Positions 18,265-26,646 of a DNA stretch of 38,307 nt are shown here, in pieces. A program made the position numbers and the translations under genes. Within the stretch, counting starts at the first letter, position 1. Each line of letters opens with the position of its first letter. A model generated the notes under the pieces. It had not been told where the DNA came from and searched no databases. It worked only from the letters and a program-made list of their open reading frames with translations. The DNA is taken from assembly GCA_001563335.1 (NCBI GenBank), contig LRSL01000018.1:1-38307 (forward strand). The letters run 5' to 3'. Source of the stretch: Candidatus Thorarchaeota archaeon SMTZ1-45 (GTDB lineage Archaea; Asgardarchaeota; Thorarchaeia; Thorarchaeales; Thorarchaeaceae).

Positions 18265-19398
18265 ATGAAGAAAAAGAATTGGATTCTGTTTGCAATCACA
18301 CTGGTTCTAGTTCTCGCATCAAATAAGGAACTTATTTCTATTGATAAAATGTCCAGTCAGAATGAAATAAGGGTAATAGTAGACATGGATGCAGCACCTG
18401 ATGATTGGGCAGCAATATTGTATCTTCTCAAACATCCAACTATAACAGTAATTGGAATTGGAGTTTCTTGTGGAGTTTCTTATGTAGATACAGGCGTCAC
18501 TAATACTCTAGGTATTCTCGAACACTTAGGATTACATGATATACCAGTTGCAGCTGGGAAGGAAACTCCTCTCGTTGTCGATCATGCGTTTCCAACACCC
18601 TGGAGGGAGGCAAGTCAGAATTTCTATGGACTTAATCTACCCACGACCAGTTTGCAGCCATCTCTGATGAATGCATCAGACCTCATGATATCATTGCTAG
18701 AAAGTTCAGAAGTTAATGTTACTCTAGTAGCATTGGGTCCGCTCACCAATATCGCCATTGCTCTAGACACGGAACCCTCCATAGAATCAAAGATAGACAA
18801 GATACTCCTCATGGGAGGAGCTGTTGACGTTCCTGGAAATGTGGGTTTAGAATCTGACATCCCTAATTACGTTGCTGAGTGGAATATTTGGGTTGATCCA
18901 AACGCTGCAGACATCGTATTCAAATCTGGGTTATCAATCCAGATGGTTGCTTTAGATGCAACGAATCAAGTCCCACAGACACAGGCTTTCCTTGACAAAC
19001 TTGAAAGCGTAATCAGGACCCCAGAAGCTCATCTGCTCTACAACATGACTACTGTTGGATTATACTTCTGGGACCAGCTAACGGCGGTCACATTGACAAA
19101 TCCAGAGGTGGTCACATTTGAAGAGCACTGTATTGAGATAGTTGTAGATTTAGAGAATCATGAAGGGCAGACAAACTCGACAGATACTGGTTCTGCGAAT
19201 GCTCTCGTTGCAGTTACAGCAGATGCCGCCCTATTTGAAGATCTATTCATTGGATACATAAACGATGACCTACCCAATGCATCAACTCATCCTGGGACTT
19301 CGACTCCGCCTCCAATTGACTTGCTATTGTGGGTGGCAACGGGAAGTGGTATTGTTATTGTCGGTATAACTGCAATCATTATCATAAAGAAAAGATGA
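18265..19398 (+). CDS. Secreted, C-terminally anchored nucleoside hydrolase (IU/IAG-NH family)
   Basis: DMDAAPDD (DxDxxxDD), LGPLTNIA, MGGAV..GN, AEWNIWVDP, FWDQ; signal peptide; TM plus KKR tail. Confidence 0.9.
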   Translation: MKKKNWILFAITLVLVLASNKELISIDKMSSQNEIRVIVDMDAAPDDWAAILYLLKHPTITVIGIGVSCGVSYVDTGVTNTLGILEHLGLHDIPVAAGKETPLVVDHAFPTPWREASQNFYGLNLPTTSLQPSLMNASDLMISLLESSEVNVTLVALGPLTNIAIALDTEPSIESKIDKILLMGGAVDVPGNVGLESDIPNYVAEWNIWVDPNAADIVFKSGLSIQMVALDATNQVPQTQAFLDKLESVIRTPEAHLLYNMTTVGLYFWDQLTAVTLTNPEVVTFEEHCIEIVVDLENHEGQTNSTDTGSANALVAVTADAALFEDLFIGYINDDLPNASTHPGTSTPPPIDLLLWVATGSGIVIVGITAIIIIKKR

Positions 19399-19402
19399 GA
19401 AG

Positions 19403-19431
19403 TGTAGCTAGCTTTGAGATTTGCACTCCAG
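19403..19431 (-). repeat. Degenerate tRNA-Cys 3' fragment (T arm plus acceptor 3' strand)
   Basis: 22/29 identity to 21117..21145; T arm GAG-TGCAAAT-CTC carries a compensatory change. Confidence 0.6.
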
Positions 19432-19564
19432 AGCTGTTAGCCAATCACCATCCCTTTCTCATGAATCTCAGTGTCTTCTCATTTGACTACTCTTTCGAAC
19501 TGACTAGTTCAAAATCGTTTCCACTTCAGTTGACTGTTGATGACTCTCTCTTTTCGCGTTCTTG

Positions 19565-19876
19565 CTACTGGCGATATAACCCAATGAAATATGGGATGAG
19601 TCCTATTAATGCGAATGCTAAATTGAATGATCAGGGCAGAATGAAGTAAGTCATTATAACCAGGCCAATCGAGATTGTTACTAAACCCCATACTTCGATT
19701 GGGTTGCGGTATTGCTCGATTAGACCTATCATCAATGCAATCAATGCTATAGACGCTATCATGAAAGAGCCAATCATGTCAAGAGCTGGAGTATATCCCC
19801 AAAGAGAAAGGACCTGTAGGATTGCAGCTATTGAAATCAAGAGATTGAAACTGATGAGATACTTGTCCTCTTTCAT
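19565..19876 (-). pseudogene. Small multi-pass membrane protein, probably interrupted by an in-frame TGA
   Basis: Hydrophobic ORF MKEDKYL..YFILP stops at TGA 19631-19633, but hydrophobic SFNLAFALIGLIPYFIGLYRQ continues in frame. Confidence 0.5.
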
Positions 19877-19924
19877 TGCAGCTATAGAGGAGAGGTCTGC
19901 TTCTACAAGAAATTTGCAGAAAAA

Positions 19925-19963
19925 TGGAGCCGGCTCGGGGATTTGCATCCAGATAAAACATCT
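19925..19963 (-). repeat. Degenerate tRNA-Cys 3' half (att-like direct repeat)
   Basis: 32/39 identity to 21117..21155, including TCCA. Confidence 0.85.
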
Positions 19964-20606
19964 AAATGGAGTTAGTAATTCCCTGGCATATATCCAACAC
20001 TCGTTCATCTACACGCAACGATCCATCCTGATTGAAAGGAAATTTCTGACAGGCCACTGGTTTTATCTCGTGAATTGAACAGAGGTTTTCATTCAAGAAA
20101 ATACAATGTCCATGGGAATCAAAACTTAACACATATTTCACCTCGAGATTCAATCCCTTCAACATGACTGTGAAGCTGCGAGGTCTGAATATGGGAAAAG
20201 GACCAATTCCTCCAAAGTATGTCTCAACAGGGAAGAAGAAGGAAAAGTAACTATAAACTGGGAGACTAGCTTCACTTTCACCGTTGTAATCATGGTTATC
20301 GAGTACAAAATTCCTCATTATTTCAAGTCGTTTCTCGAACTCCACCTTGTTGAATTCTTTATTCTCTTCTCTTCTTTCAACTAATCCAGGTATTTCTATC
20401 ACAGATTCCCCGTATGTGTAATCACTCAAACCAGCTGGTGAAATAGAAAGGGGATTAATTTGGATGTGCTTTAAGAATTCATTCTTGCTGTGTCGAATCC
20501 ATTTCAACACATCCTCCCTTGTAAGAATGATGTCCCAATACTGTTGGCAGCAATTCCCGCACTTCTTGCAACTGAAAACATCTGTCGGGTTTTTTGTAGC
20601 CTGCAT
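19962..20606 (-). CDS. YkgJ-family cysteine-cluster (CxxCxxCC) protein
   Basis: FSCKKCGNCC ... CIFLNENLCSIHEIKPVACQKFP; start taken at ATG 20606. Confidence 0.85.
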   Translation of the reverse strand: MQATKNPTDVFSCKKCGNCCQQYWDIILTREDVLKWIRHSKNEFLKHIQINPLSISPAGLSDYTYGESVIEIPGLVERREENKEFNKVEFEKRLEIMRNFVLDNHDYNGESEASLPVYSYFSFFFPVETYFGGIGPFPIFRPRSFTVMLKGLNLEVKYVLSFDSHGHCIFLNENLCSIHEIKPVACQKFPFNQDGSLRVDERVLDICQGITNSI

Positions 20607-20742
20607 GGAAATCGTACATACAAAACATTCTGTTATTATAACTCCTATTGCAAGTTGATTCATTAATGCAAAGTGATTTCTGGAAGGATTATTATAACAA
20701 TACAACATCAATCTTGTCGATTTGCAGTGTTGGGTGGTTAAA

Positions 20743-21108
20743 GTGATAGATAGAAGACAGCTAGAAACACGTGTTAAGATACTCAAGGAAACTAGAAAGG
20801 TTCTATACAAGCTCTCAAAGCAATCGAGTCCTAGGGGATTGACAACGCTTGAGAAGGCAGAACTAAAGAAATACAATAGTTGGTTGGGTATCGCTTGTAA
20901 GCAACTTGATAACTTGTCAAAACATGGGGAGAAACTGCTTAAACTAAAAGATAGCCCTGGAGCTTCAGAGATGCAACAGTCATTCAATCTTCAGTATCTT
21001 CAACTTCAGCAAGACATGCAAGCACAGAATCGGCAATTCACTTTGGTTTCAAATATAATGAAAGTCAAACATGACACAGCTAAATCTGCCATCAACAATG
21101 TTAGATAG
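20743..21108 (+). CDS. Small helical protein with a T3SS needle/filament-like C-terminus
   Basis: GTG start after a GGGTGGT RBS-like sequence; C-terminus LQLQQDMQAQNRQFTLVSNIMKVKHDTAKSAINNVR. Confidence 0.7.
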   Translation: MIDRRQLETRVKILKETRKVLYKLSKQSSPRGLTTLEKAELKKYNSWLGIACKQLDNLSKHGEKLLKLKDSPGASEMQQSFNLQYLQLQQDMQAQNRQFTLVSNIMKVKHDTAKSAINNVR

Positions 21109-21116
21109 AAAAGAAA

Positions 21117-21192
21117 TGGAGCCGGCCTTGGGATTTGCACCCAAGTAAAACAGCTCTGCAGGCTGTCGCGTAAGCTTCTCCGCCAGACCGGC
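21117..21192 (-). tRNA. tRNA-Cys (GCA), CCA encoded
   Basis: Acceptor GCCGGUC/GGCCGGC, anticodon arm ACAGC-CU GCA GA-GCUGU, T arm UUGGG-UGCAAAU-CCCAA, discriminator U73, CCA; TTAAAA about 30 nt upstream. Confidence 0.93.
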
Positions 21193-21308
21193 TCAGCTGA
21201 GGTTCTTGCCACATTATTAGTTTTAAGGATGTCGGCAAGAAATCATGCAGTTTGTGAGGATGCTGCAGAAATACTATACTCACATCAAGTCTTAAGATTG
21301 CTGCATAG

Positions 21309-21536
21309 TGTATTAAAGAAATCTGCAAATTTTGCCTAGAGTTCCTCAGTGTAATCATCATAGACGTCACTGGAACCTCAATGAACACCACAAATATGGA
21401 AACACCTCTTAATCTATATACATCTGTTATTATCGGAACAACGGGAATTCTCATAGTCATTTCTGTCATAATTCTCAAACGGTCGACAAATCATAGGGGC
21501 AGGTCTTGGAGCTACACAGGAATTAGATCATTTTAG
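21309..21536 (+). pseudogene. Remnant C-terminus of a surface-anchored protein
   Basis: Frame reads ..TGTSMNTTNMETPLNLYTSVIIGTTGILIVISVIILKR, like the anchors of neighbouring secreted enzymes, but has no N-terminal domain. Confidence 0.4.
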
Positions 21537-21675
21537 CGAAACCTCTGATTCAAAAGATCGAACAAGGATGTTAGACGAAGGGCTCGAAGTCCTTACAGAT
21601 CTCTTGAGTGGTGAACCATTCTCTTTTAAGGGTAAGTACTACCAGCAGAAAGAAGTGACATTTCTCCCAAAACCA
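21475..21675 (+). pseudogene. Internal fragment of an LLM-class (luciferase-like) flavin-dependent oxidoreductase
   Basis: SNGRQIIGAGLG..RMLDEGLEVLTDLLSGEPFSFKGKYY..FLPKP; both ends missing. Confidence 0.75.
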
Positions 21676-21698
21676 CCAATATCCTCTCTTGCTGATGT

Positions 21699-22918
21699 CT
21701 ACCAGCGTTTTATGAAGACTACAATTGCTATTATAACCACCACACCACTGATTGCTAGAGCGATCAAAATGATATCAACTTCACCACTGCCATTCACAGG
21801 TGTTGTTGTTGTTGTCGTTGTTGTTGTTGTCATTTGGATATAATCTAGTGATGGTAGTATATACTCAGTTATGAGATTATCAATGAGAATCGTTTGGAAA
21901 GTTGACTTTGTAACAAAGATCAAGTTGTAATCTGGGAACACCCAAATCCATTGACCATAAGACCCGTAAGCACAGTATGCATTATAGGATGATTTTATCC
22001 ACCAAAGATAGCCATATTCTCCTTCAAATCCACCTCCACCGCATTCAGTTGTATATACCTTCGTAGAGTTTTCTACCCACCCCCTAGATACGATTTGTTC
22101 TGCATCCCATGTTCCATTGTTTAGAAACAAGAACCCAATCTTTGCCATATCTCGTACTGTTAATTGAAGTCCATTAGCTCCATAATCAAGTCCTTGTGGA
22201 TCAACCTCCCATTCGTATTCATCGATGCCTAGTGGTTGAAACAGATGAATATCTGCAAAAGTTGAGGGGGTCATTCCTATTGTTTCCAAGAGAATAGCCG
22301 AAAGAATATGAGCTCCTCCACTATTATAAGTCCATATTTCACCTGGCGTAGATGACATTGGTTTATCTAACGCATATTGTACCCAATCAGATGATTCACG
22401 CATCAATCCCGGATCAGTATACGGATTCCATTGTAATCCTGATTTCATGGTCAATAGATGTCTCAAAGTGATAGATTCTTTCTGACTATCACGATTTGCA
22501 ATAATTCTATCTGGAAAGAAGCTTACCATCGTTTCATCTAAACTACTGAGGTATCCCTCTTCTAATGCAATTCCAACGAGGATGGAAATGATACTCTTTG
22601 TAACTGACCAAGTATTACTTAACGAGCTTTCATTGAAGTCTGAATCGGGATATTCTTCAAGAACAACATAGCCGTTTCTTACAATCATAATACCTTGCAG
22701 ATAGACACTCCAGAGGCTAGATGGAGCTAACATCTCTTCTAGCAGAGTTCCATTCATGCCCTGTTCATCTTCAGTGATTGTAACCAACCCTCTGTTGGCC
22801 AATAATCAGGAGCTTGTGATGTAGAAAATACATGTATTGGGTTCATGGACTGAGCATTAGAACTTGGAATTAACAAACTAAGTACAATGATTAGGACTAG
22901 AAGGTTGAAATACTTCAT
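21699..22918 (-). pseudogene. Secreted, anchored beta-lactamase-family (AmpC-like) serine hydrolase, frameshifted near the 5' end
   Basis: SVTKS (SxxK), LRHLLTMKSG, YNS, YGYLWW. The signal peptide MKYFNLLVLII.. and PDYWPTEGW lie in a different frame from EQGMN.., with the shift at about 22775-22785. Confidence 0.8.
21801..21830. repeat. (GTT)n trinucleotide tract encoding a poly-Thr linker
   Basis: tgttgttgttgttgtcgttgttgttgttgt encodes ten Thr on the minus strand. Confidence 0.8.
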
Positions 22919-23154
22919 TCTATACTAACCCCGAATTCCTCATTCAAAAGTAATTTTGTCATCCTGTTTTTGATAAATGTTTTCATCTTTGGATTTGTTC
23001 GGGTAGAATACGTTAGCATCCGTTGGTATGCTGGTAAAAACTGCATCTAAAATTGCGGATACGCTCCTTTTAGGATATCTCTGTAAAAGATAACTGCTAA
23101 GGTGGCTGAATGACAACAATTTTAACACCGAACTAGTATCTCTGTCTACTCCAA

Positions 23155-23232
23155 GGGCGCGTGGTTTGGCTTGCATGGGGCACTAACCTTCTGAGTTAGT
23201 AATCTCAGGTTCGAATCCAAGTAGGCCCCCCA
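23155..23232 (+). tRNA. Degenerate (pseudo) tRNA-Arg (UCU)
   Basis: Anticodon arm ACUAAC-CU UCU GA-GUUAGU, GGTTCGAATCC, terminal CCA; acceptor and T stems each have two mismatches; TTTTAA about 30 nt upstream. Confidence 0.7.
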
Positions 23233-23256
23233 ATTACATTCTCTGAGGAATTAAGT

Positions 23257-24387
23257 ATGAATCCAGAATATCCTTCGACTAAGCATTTCGTGAAAGGACT
23301 AGACCTTAGCCAAGTCTTCTACGAAGAAGCTGTTAGACCCCTCTTGGAATCGGAATTTCCTGATCTTGCATACTCGGCAGGTCATCTGGGAGCTGGGTCA
23401 GATGTACTAGGTTTTGACACAGAGCAGTCTATGGACCACGATTGGGGACCGAAGCTGTTGATGTTTCTCGGAGAGAAGGACCATGAGAAATACCACGAAT
23501 CTATAGACACTTTTCTCGGTCACAATTTGCCTACTGAGATTCGTGGATTACCAGTAAACTTTGGTTACGATGATGATGGTGCTATCTTCATGCAACGATC
23601 AGACGATAGACCACTCAATCATAGAGTCAAGATAGTTACAATCGGAGATTACTTTGAGAGATATCTTACTGTAAATCCGCTTGAGAAGATGAGTCCGATA
23701 GATTGGGTTGTGCTTCCTGAACAACGATTACGAAGTATTGCAGGTGGTCGAATATTCCATGATGGACTTGGGAAGCTACAACCCATTATGGAGAAACTGT
23801 CCTACTATCCTAACGATGTGTGGCTGTACCTCTTGTCGACCCAATGGCGGCGAATTGCTCAAGAAGAACACTTCATGGGACGGTGTGGACAGGTAGGAGA
23901 TGAGCTAGGCTCTCGTGTTGTTGGCTCTAGACTTGTATACGACATCATGAAGCTCTGTTTCTTGATGGAGAAGCAGTATACCCCGTATATCAAATGGTTT
24001 GGAACAGGTTTTTCGCAGCTCAAGAGCGCAGCAGTTCTAACACCAATCCTCATGCGTGTGTTTGAAGCGACTTCATGGAAAGATCGAGAAGAATACCTTG
24101 TGAGAGCATATGAGGTAGTGGCTGGTATGCATAATGATCTCAACATTACAGAACCCATGAAAGCCAAGGTGTCAAACTTTCACACCCGACCGTTCCTAGT
24201 CATTGGGGCTGATGATTTTGCTGAAGCAATCTATGCAACCATCCAAGATGAGGAGGTCCTATCGCTTTCGAAGTTTCTCGGGGGTGTGGATCAATTTGTT
24301 AACTCTACGGATGTATTATCAAAACCGAAACGATATCCGAAACTCCGGAATATGTTCGCTTCTTTGTCATTAGAGTACAATATGTAA
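23257..24387 (+). CDS. DUF4037-domain protein (nucleotidyltransferase-like N-terminus)
   Basis: GAGSDVLGFDTEQSMDHDWGP, GRIFHDGLG, YYPNDVW, PYIKWFG. Confidence 0.88.
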   Translation: MNPEYPSTKHFVKGLDLSQVFYEEAVRPLLESEFPDLAYSAGHLGAGSDVLGFDTEQSMDHDWGPKLLMFLGEKDHEKYHESIDTFLGHNLPTEIRGLPVNFGYDDDGAIFMQRSDDRPLNHRVKIVTIGDYFERYLTVNPLEKMSPIDWVVLPEQRLRSIAGGRIFHDGLGKLQPIMEKLSYYPNDVWLYLLSTQWRRIAQEEHFMGRCGQVGDELGSRVVGSRLVYDIMKLCFLMEKQYTPYIKWFGTGFSQLKSAAVLTPILMRVFEATSWKDREEYLVRAYEVVAGMHNDLNITEPMKAKVSNFHTRPFLVIGADDFAEAIYATIQDEEVLSLSKFLGGVDQFVNSTDVLSKPKRYPKLRNMFASLSLEYNM

Positions 24388-24793
24388 GAGGGGGGGGCTT
24401 GTCGAATGCCCCGCTCTCGAATGCTTTCATCATATCCACATCATCTGTGCCCCCGTCATATTGAATCAGGTCTCGACACAGGATTGACCCATTGATTGCC
24501 TTGAATTCTTCAAGTAATCGAGTAGAGATTTCAGCTACCTTTGGGTTCATTGGATTTTCATCACCAAATTCTAGGCCAATTGCCATTAGAGCACCTGTCA
24601 AAGCACCGCAGACATTACCGGTGAGATTTATTCCCCCGCTGAAGGCAGATGCGATCTTCATACAGGTTTCAGCGTCAACTCCTTTTTCTCCCATGTAGGG
24701 ACCAAACGTAGCGAAGATTGCTTGCGAACAACTTCCCTTCATGCCATTCATTAGCTCCCTTGCAGCGCACGTATTCTTAGATAAATCACTCAT
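24305..24793 (-). pseudogene. C-GCAxxG-C-C family redox protein, C-terminally truncated
   Basis: CSQA, FSGG..GNVCGALTG, GSILCRDL. Similarity stops at GAFDK (about 24398) before the last Cys and helix, and the ORF then runs into the convergent gene. Confidence 0.7.
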
Positions 24794-24810
24794 TGAATCA
24801 CTTCCTCAAA

Positions 24811-25119
24811 TTAATCATCCTCAAACTCAAGTGCTGTCATGACTCCAATTTCAAAGGTTGCTTGAGGTACTCTGTGTTTAGCCAAGTCAAGCATCTTGTG
24901 AGAAATATCGATTCCTGTCACCTGTAGTCCATTATCAACGAGAGCTCGAGCAACCAAGCCAGTTCCACAGCCAACATCTAGGATATGACTGTTAGGTTTT
25001 ACGAAACTCATGAATTCATCAAGCTCTTCTTCAGCACTGAAAGCAGACCTATAATCATCATACTGTTCAGCTATCTTGTCATATCCTTCTCTTACGAGAT
25101 CCTTAGAATCCTCTTTCAT
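24811..25119 (-). pseudogene. Class I SAM-dependent methyltransferase, truncated (102 aa)
   Basis: ILDVGCGTG, GIDIS..ML; stops at LEFEDD before the remaining strands. Confidence 0.75.
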
Positions 25120-25307
25120 AGGTCAATACGGGTGAATGTGACTGATAAAAACACTGATTCAAGGATGCAGGCAATAATGGCAAGCAGTTTGAAAGGATAA
25201 TGCAGAATTTCTAGCACGCCCAAATGCGTTGATTCAAGATGCAACCTAGTAGTTTAGTATATCATTTAATACAAACCGGTGTACAATGAGTCCTAGGTTT
25301 TCGTGTT

Positions 25308-26507
25308 ATGATTAGGTTAGCATCAGGTCTTGTCATAGTGTTGATAGTATTAACTTGGTTTCCTATGACTGTAATTGCTACACCAGATACATTGGATTAT
25401 ACACTCGAGTTATATTTTGATGAGTCATGGACACACTACCACTCGTATGAGGAGATTGTATTGGGAATTCTTACTCTCGAGAGTTCAGGTATTGCTAAAG
25501 TGGTGGACATAGGTGAGAGCGTTGAAGGACAAACAATCTGGGCAATCAAGATAAGTGATGACCCGAACATCGAAGATGAGCAAGAGAATGAAATCCTCTT
25601 TGTTGGCCTTCATCATGCTCGTGAATGGATATCTGCTGAAGTGCCCTATTATCTTGCTGTGAAATTTGTAGAAGAATATGGTGTAAACTCTACTGTCAAA
25701 AACCTCATTGATAACTCCGAGTTGTGGATTGTGCCGGTATTAAATCCTGATGGTCTTGAGTACAGTCGGTCCCAAGTTTTTGATTTAGAATCAGAGAATA
25801 ACAATTCTCGGTTTTGGCGTAAGAACAGGGCAGTCAATAGTGATGGTTCTCATGGTGTAGATCTCAATAGAAACTATGGGACAACATCATGGGGAGAAGA
25901 TATTGCTGAAGGATGTTGGGATGGTTGTGATCATCCAAATCATGAGCCCTACTGGGGACCTTCTGCCTTTTCAGAGCCAGAAACATGTGCGATACGGGAC
26001 CTCGTTCTTGATGATTCTCGTGACTTTATTGGTGCATTAAGCTATCATAGCTATGGACAATTAATTGGTTATCCGTGGGGTAACACATCAGATCCAATAC
26101 CTGAAGCAAATATGATGAATACGATAGGTCAGGAAATGTCAGACCTAATCAAAGATGTTCACGGTAGACATTATGAAGTATTACAAGCAGGTAATTGGTA
26201 TGTTACCGTTGGCGACATGGTGGACTGGGTCTATGAAGCATGTCGAATTCCAGCCTATACCATAGAACTGAGACCAGGAAATGAAGATTATGATCCTGTT
26301 TACTTTGAACTATCTGACAATGAGATTCTTGGCACCTGCGAAGAAAACTGGCCAGCTGCATTCCATTTCATCAATGAGGTGATTGGGATGGAAGACTCAA
26401 CCGGGATACTACCAGAATCCTGGCTACTAATTATCATAGGTACTCCAATACTAATAGTACTAGTAGTGATTATAGCTGCTAAGAAAATCAGAACCAATTA
26501 TGTCTAG
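25308..26507 (+). CDS. Secreted, C-terminally anchored M14 zinc carboxypeptidase (carboxypeptidase T-like)
   Basis: HHAREW, NPDG, WRKNR, GVDLNRNY, FSEPET, YHSYGQ, YTIEL; signal peptide; TM plus KK tail. Confidence 0.92.
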   Translation: MIRLASGLVIVLIVLTWFPMTVIATPDTLDYTLELYFDESWTHYHSYEEIVLGILTLESSGIAKVVDIGESVEGQTIWAIKISDDPNIEDEQENEILFVGLHHAREWISAEVPYYLAVKFVEEYGVNSTVKNLIDNSELWIVPVLNPDGLEYSRSQVFDLESENNNSRFWRKNRAVNSDGSHGVDLNRNYGTTSWGEDIAEGCWDGCDHPNHEPYWGPSAFSEPETCAIRDLVLDDSRDFIGALSYHSYGQLIGYPWGNTSDPIPEANMMNTIGQEMSDLIKDVHGRHYEVLQAGNWYVTVGDMVDWVYEACRIPAYTIELRPGNEDYDPVYFELSDNEILGTCEENWPAAFHFINEVIGMEDSTGILPESWLLIIIGTPILIVLVVIIAAKKIRTNYV

Positions 26508-26509
26508 AA

Positions 26510-26538
26510 ACGATAACTACTCCGCCAAACCAGCTCAG
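26510..26538 (-). repeat. Degenerate tRNA-Cys 5' fragment (leader, acceptor 5' strand, D arm)
   Basis: 26520..26538 matches 21178..21196 at 17/19; the D stem GCG/CGU is retained. Confidence 0.65.
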
Positions 26539-26646
26539 TGAGAGGACATTAATAATTCTGGATTTACTGATATCATTAACAGTGACAATTAATTCTCCAA
26601 AACAGATAAAGTTCCGATTGAGAACCCAAACGTGAAGGGCACCCAA

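Noticed and set aside
20607-20987. N-terminal extension of the 341-aa ORF 19962..20987
   Set aside because: It is antisense to the 20743..21108 gene; the YkgJ domain begins near ATG 20606.
21101-21478. 125-aa minus-strand ORF, and the similar start of ORF 19631..20008
   Set aside because: Both run through the tRNA-Cys or its repeat; their shared QIP.PAPFF-type peptide is just translated tRNA sequence.
22940-23176. 78-aa minus-strand ORF
   Set aside because: It overlaps the pseudo-tRNA and its promoter and has no recognisable motif.
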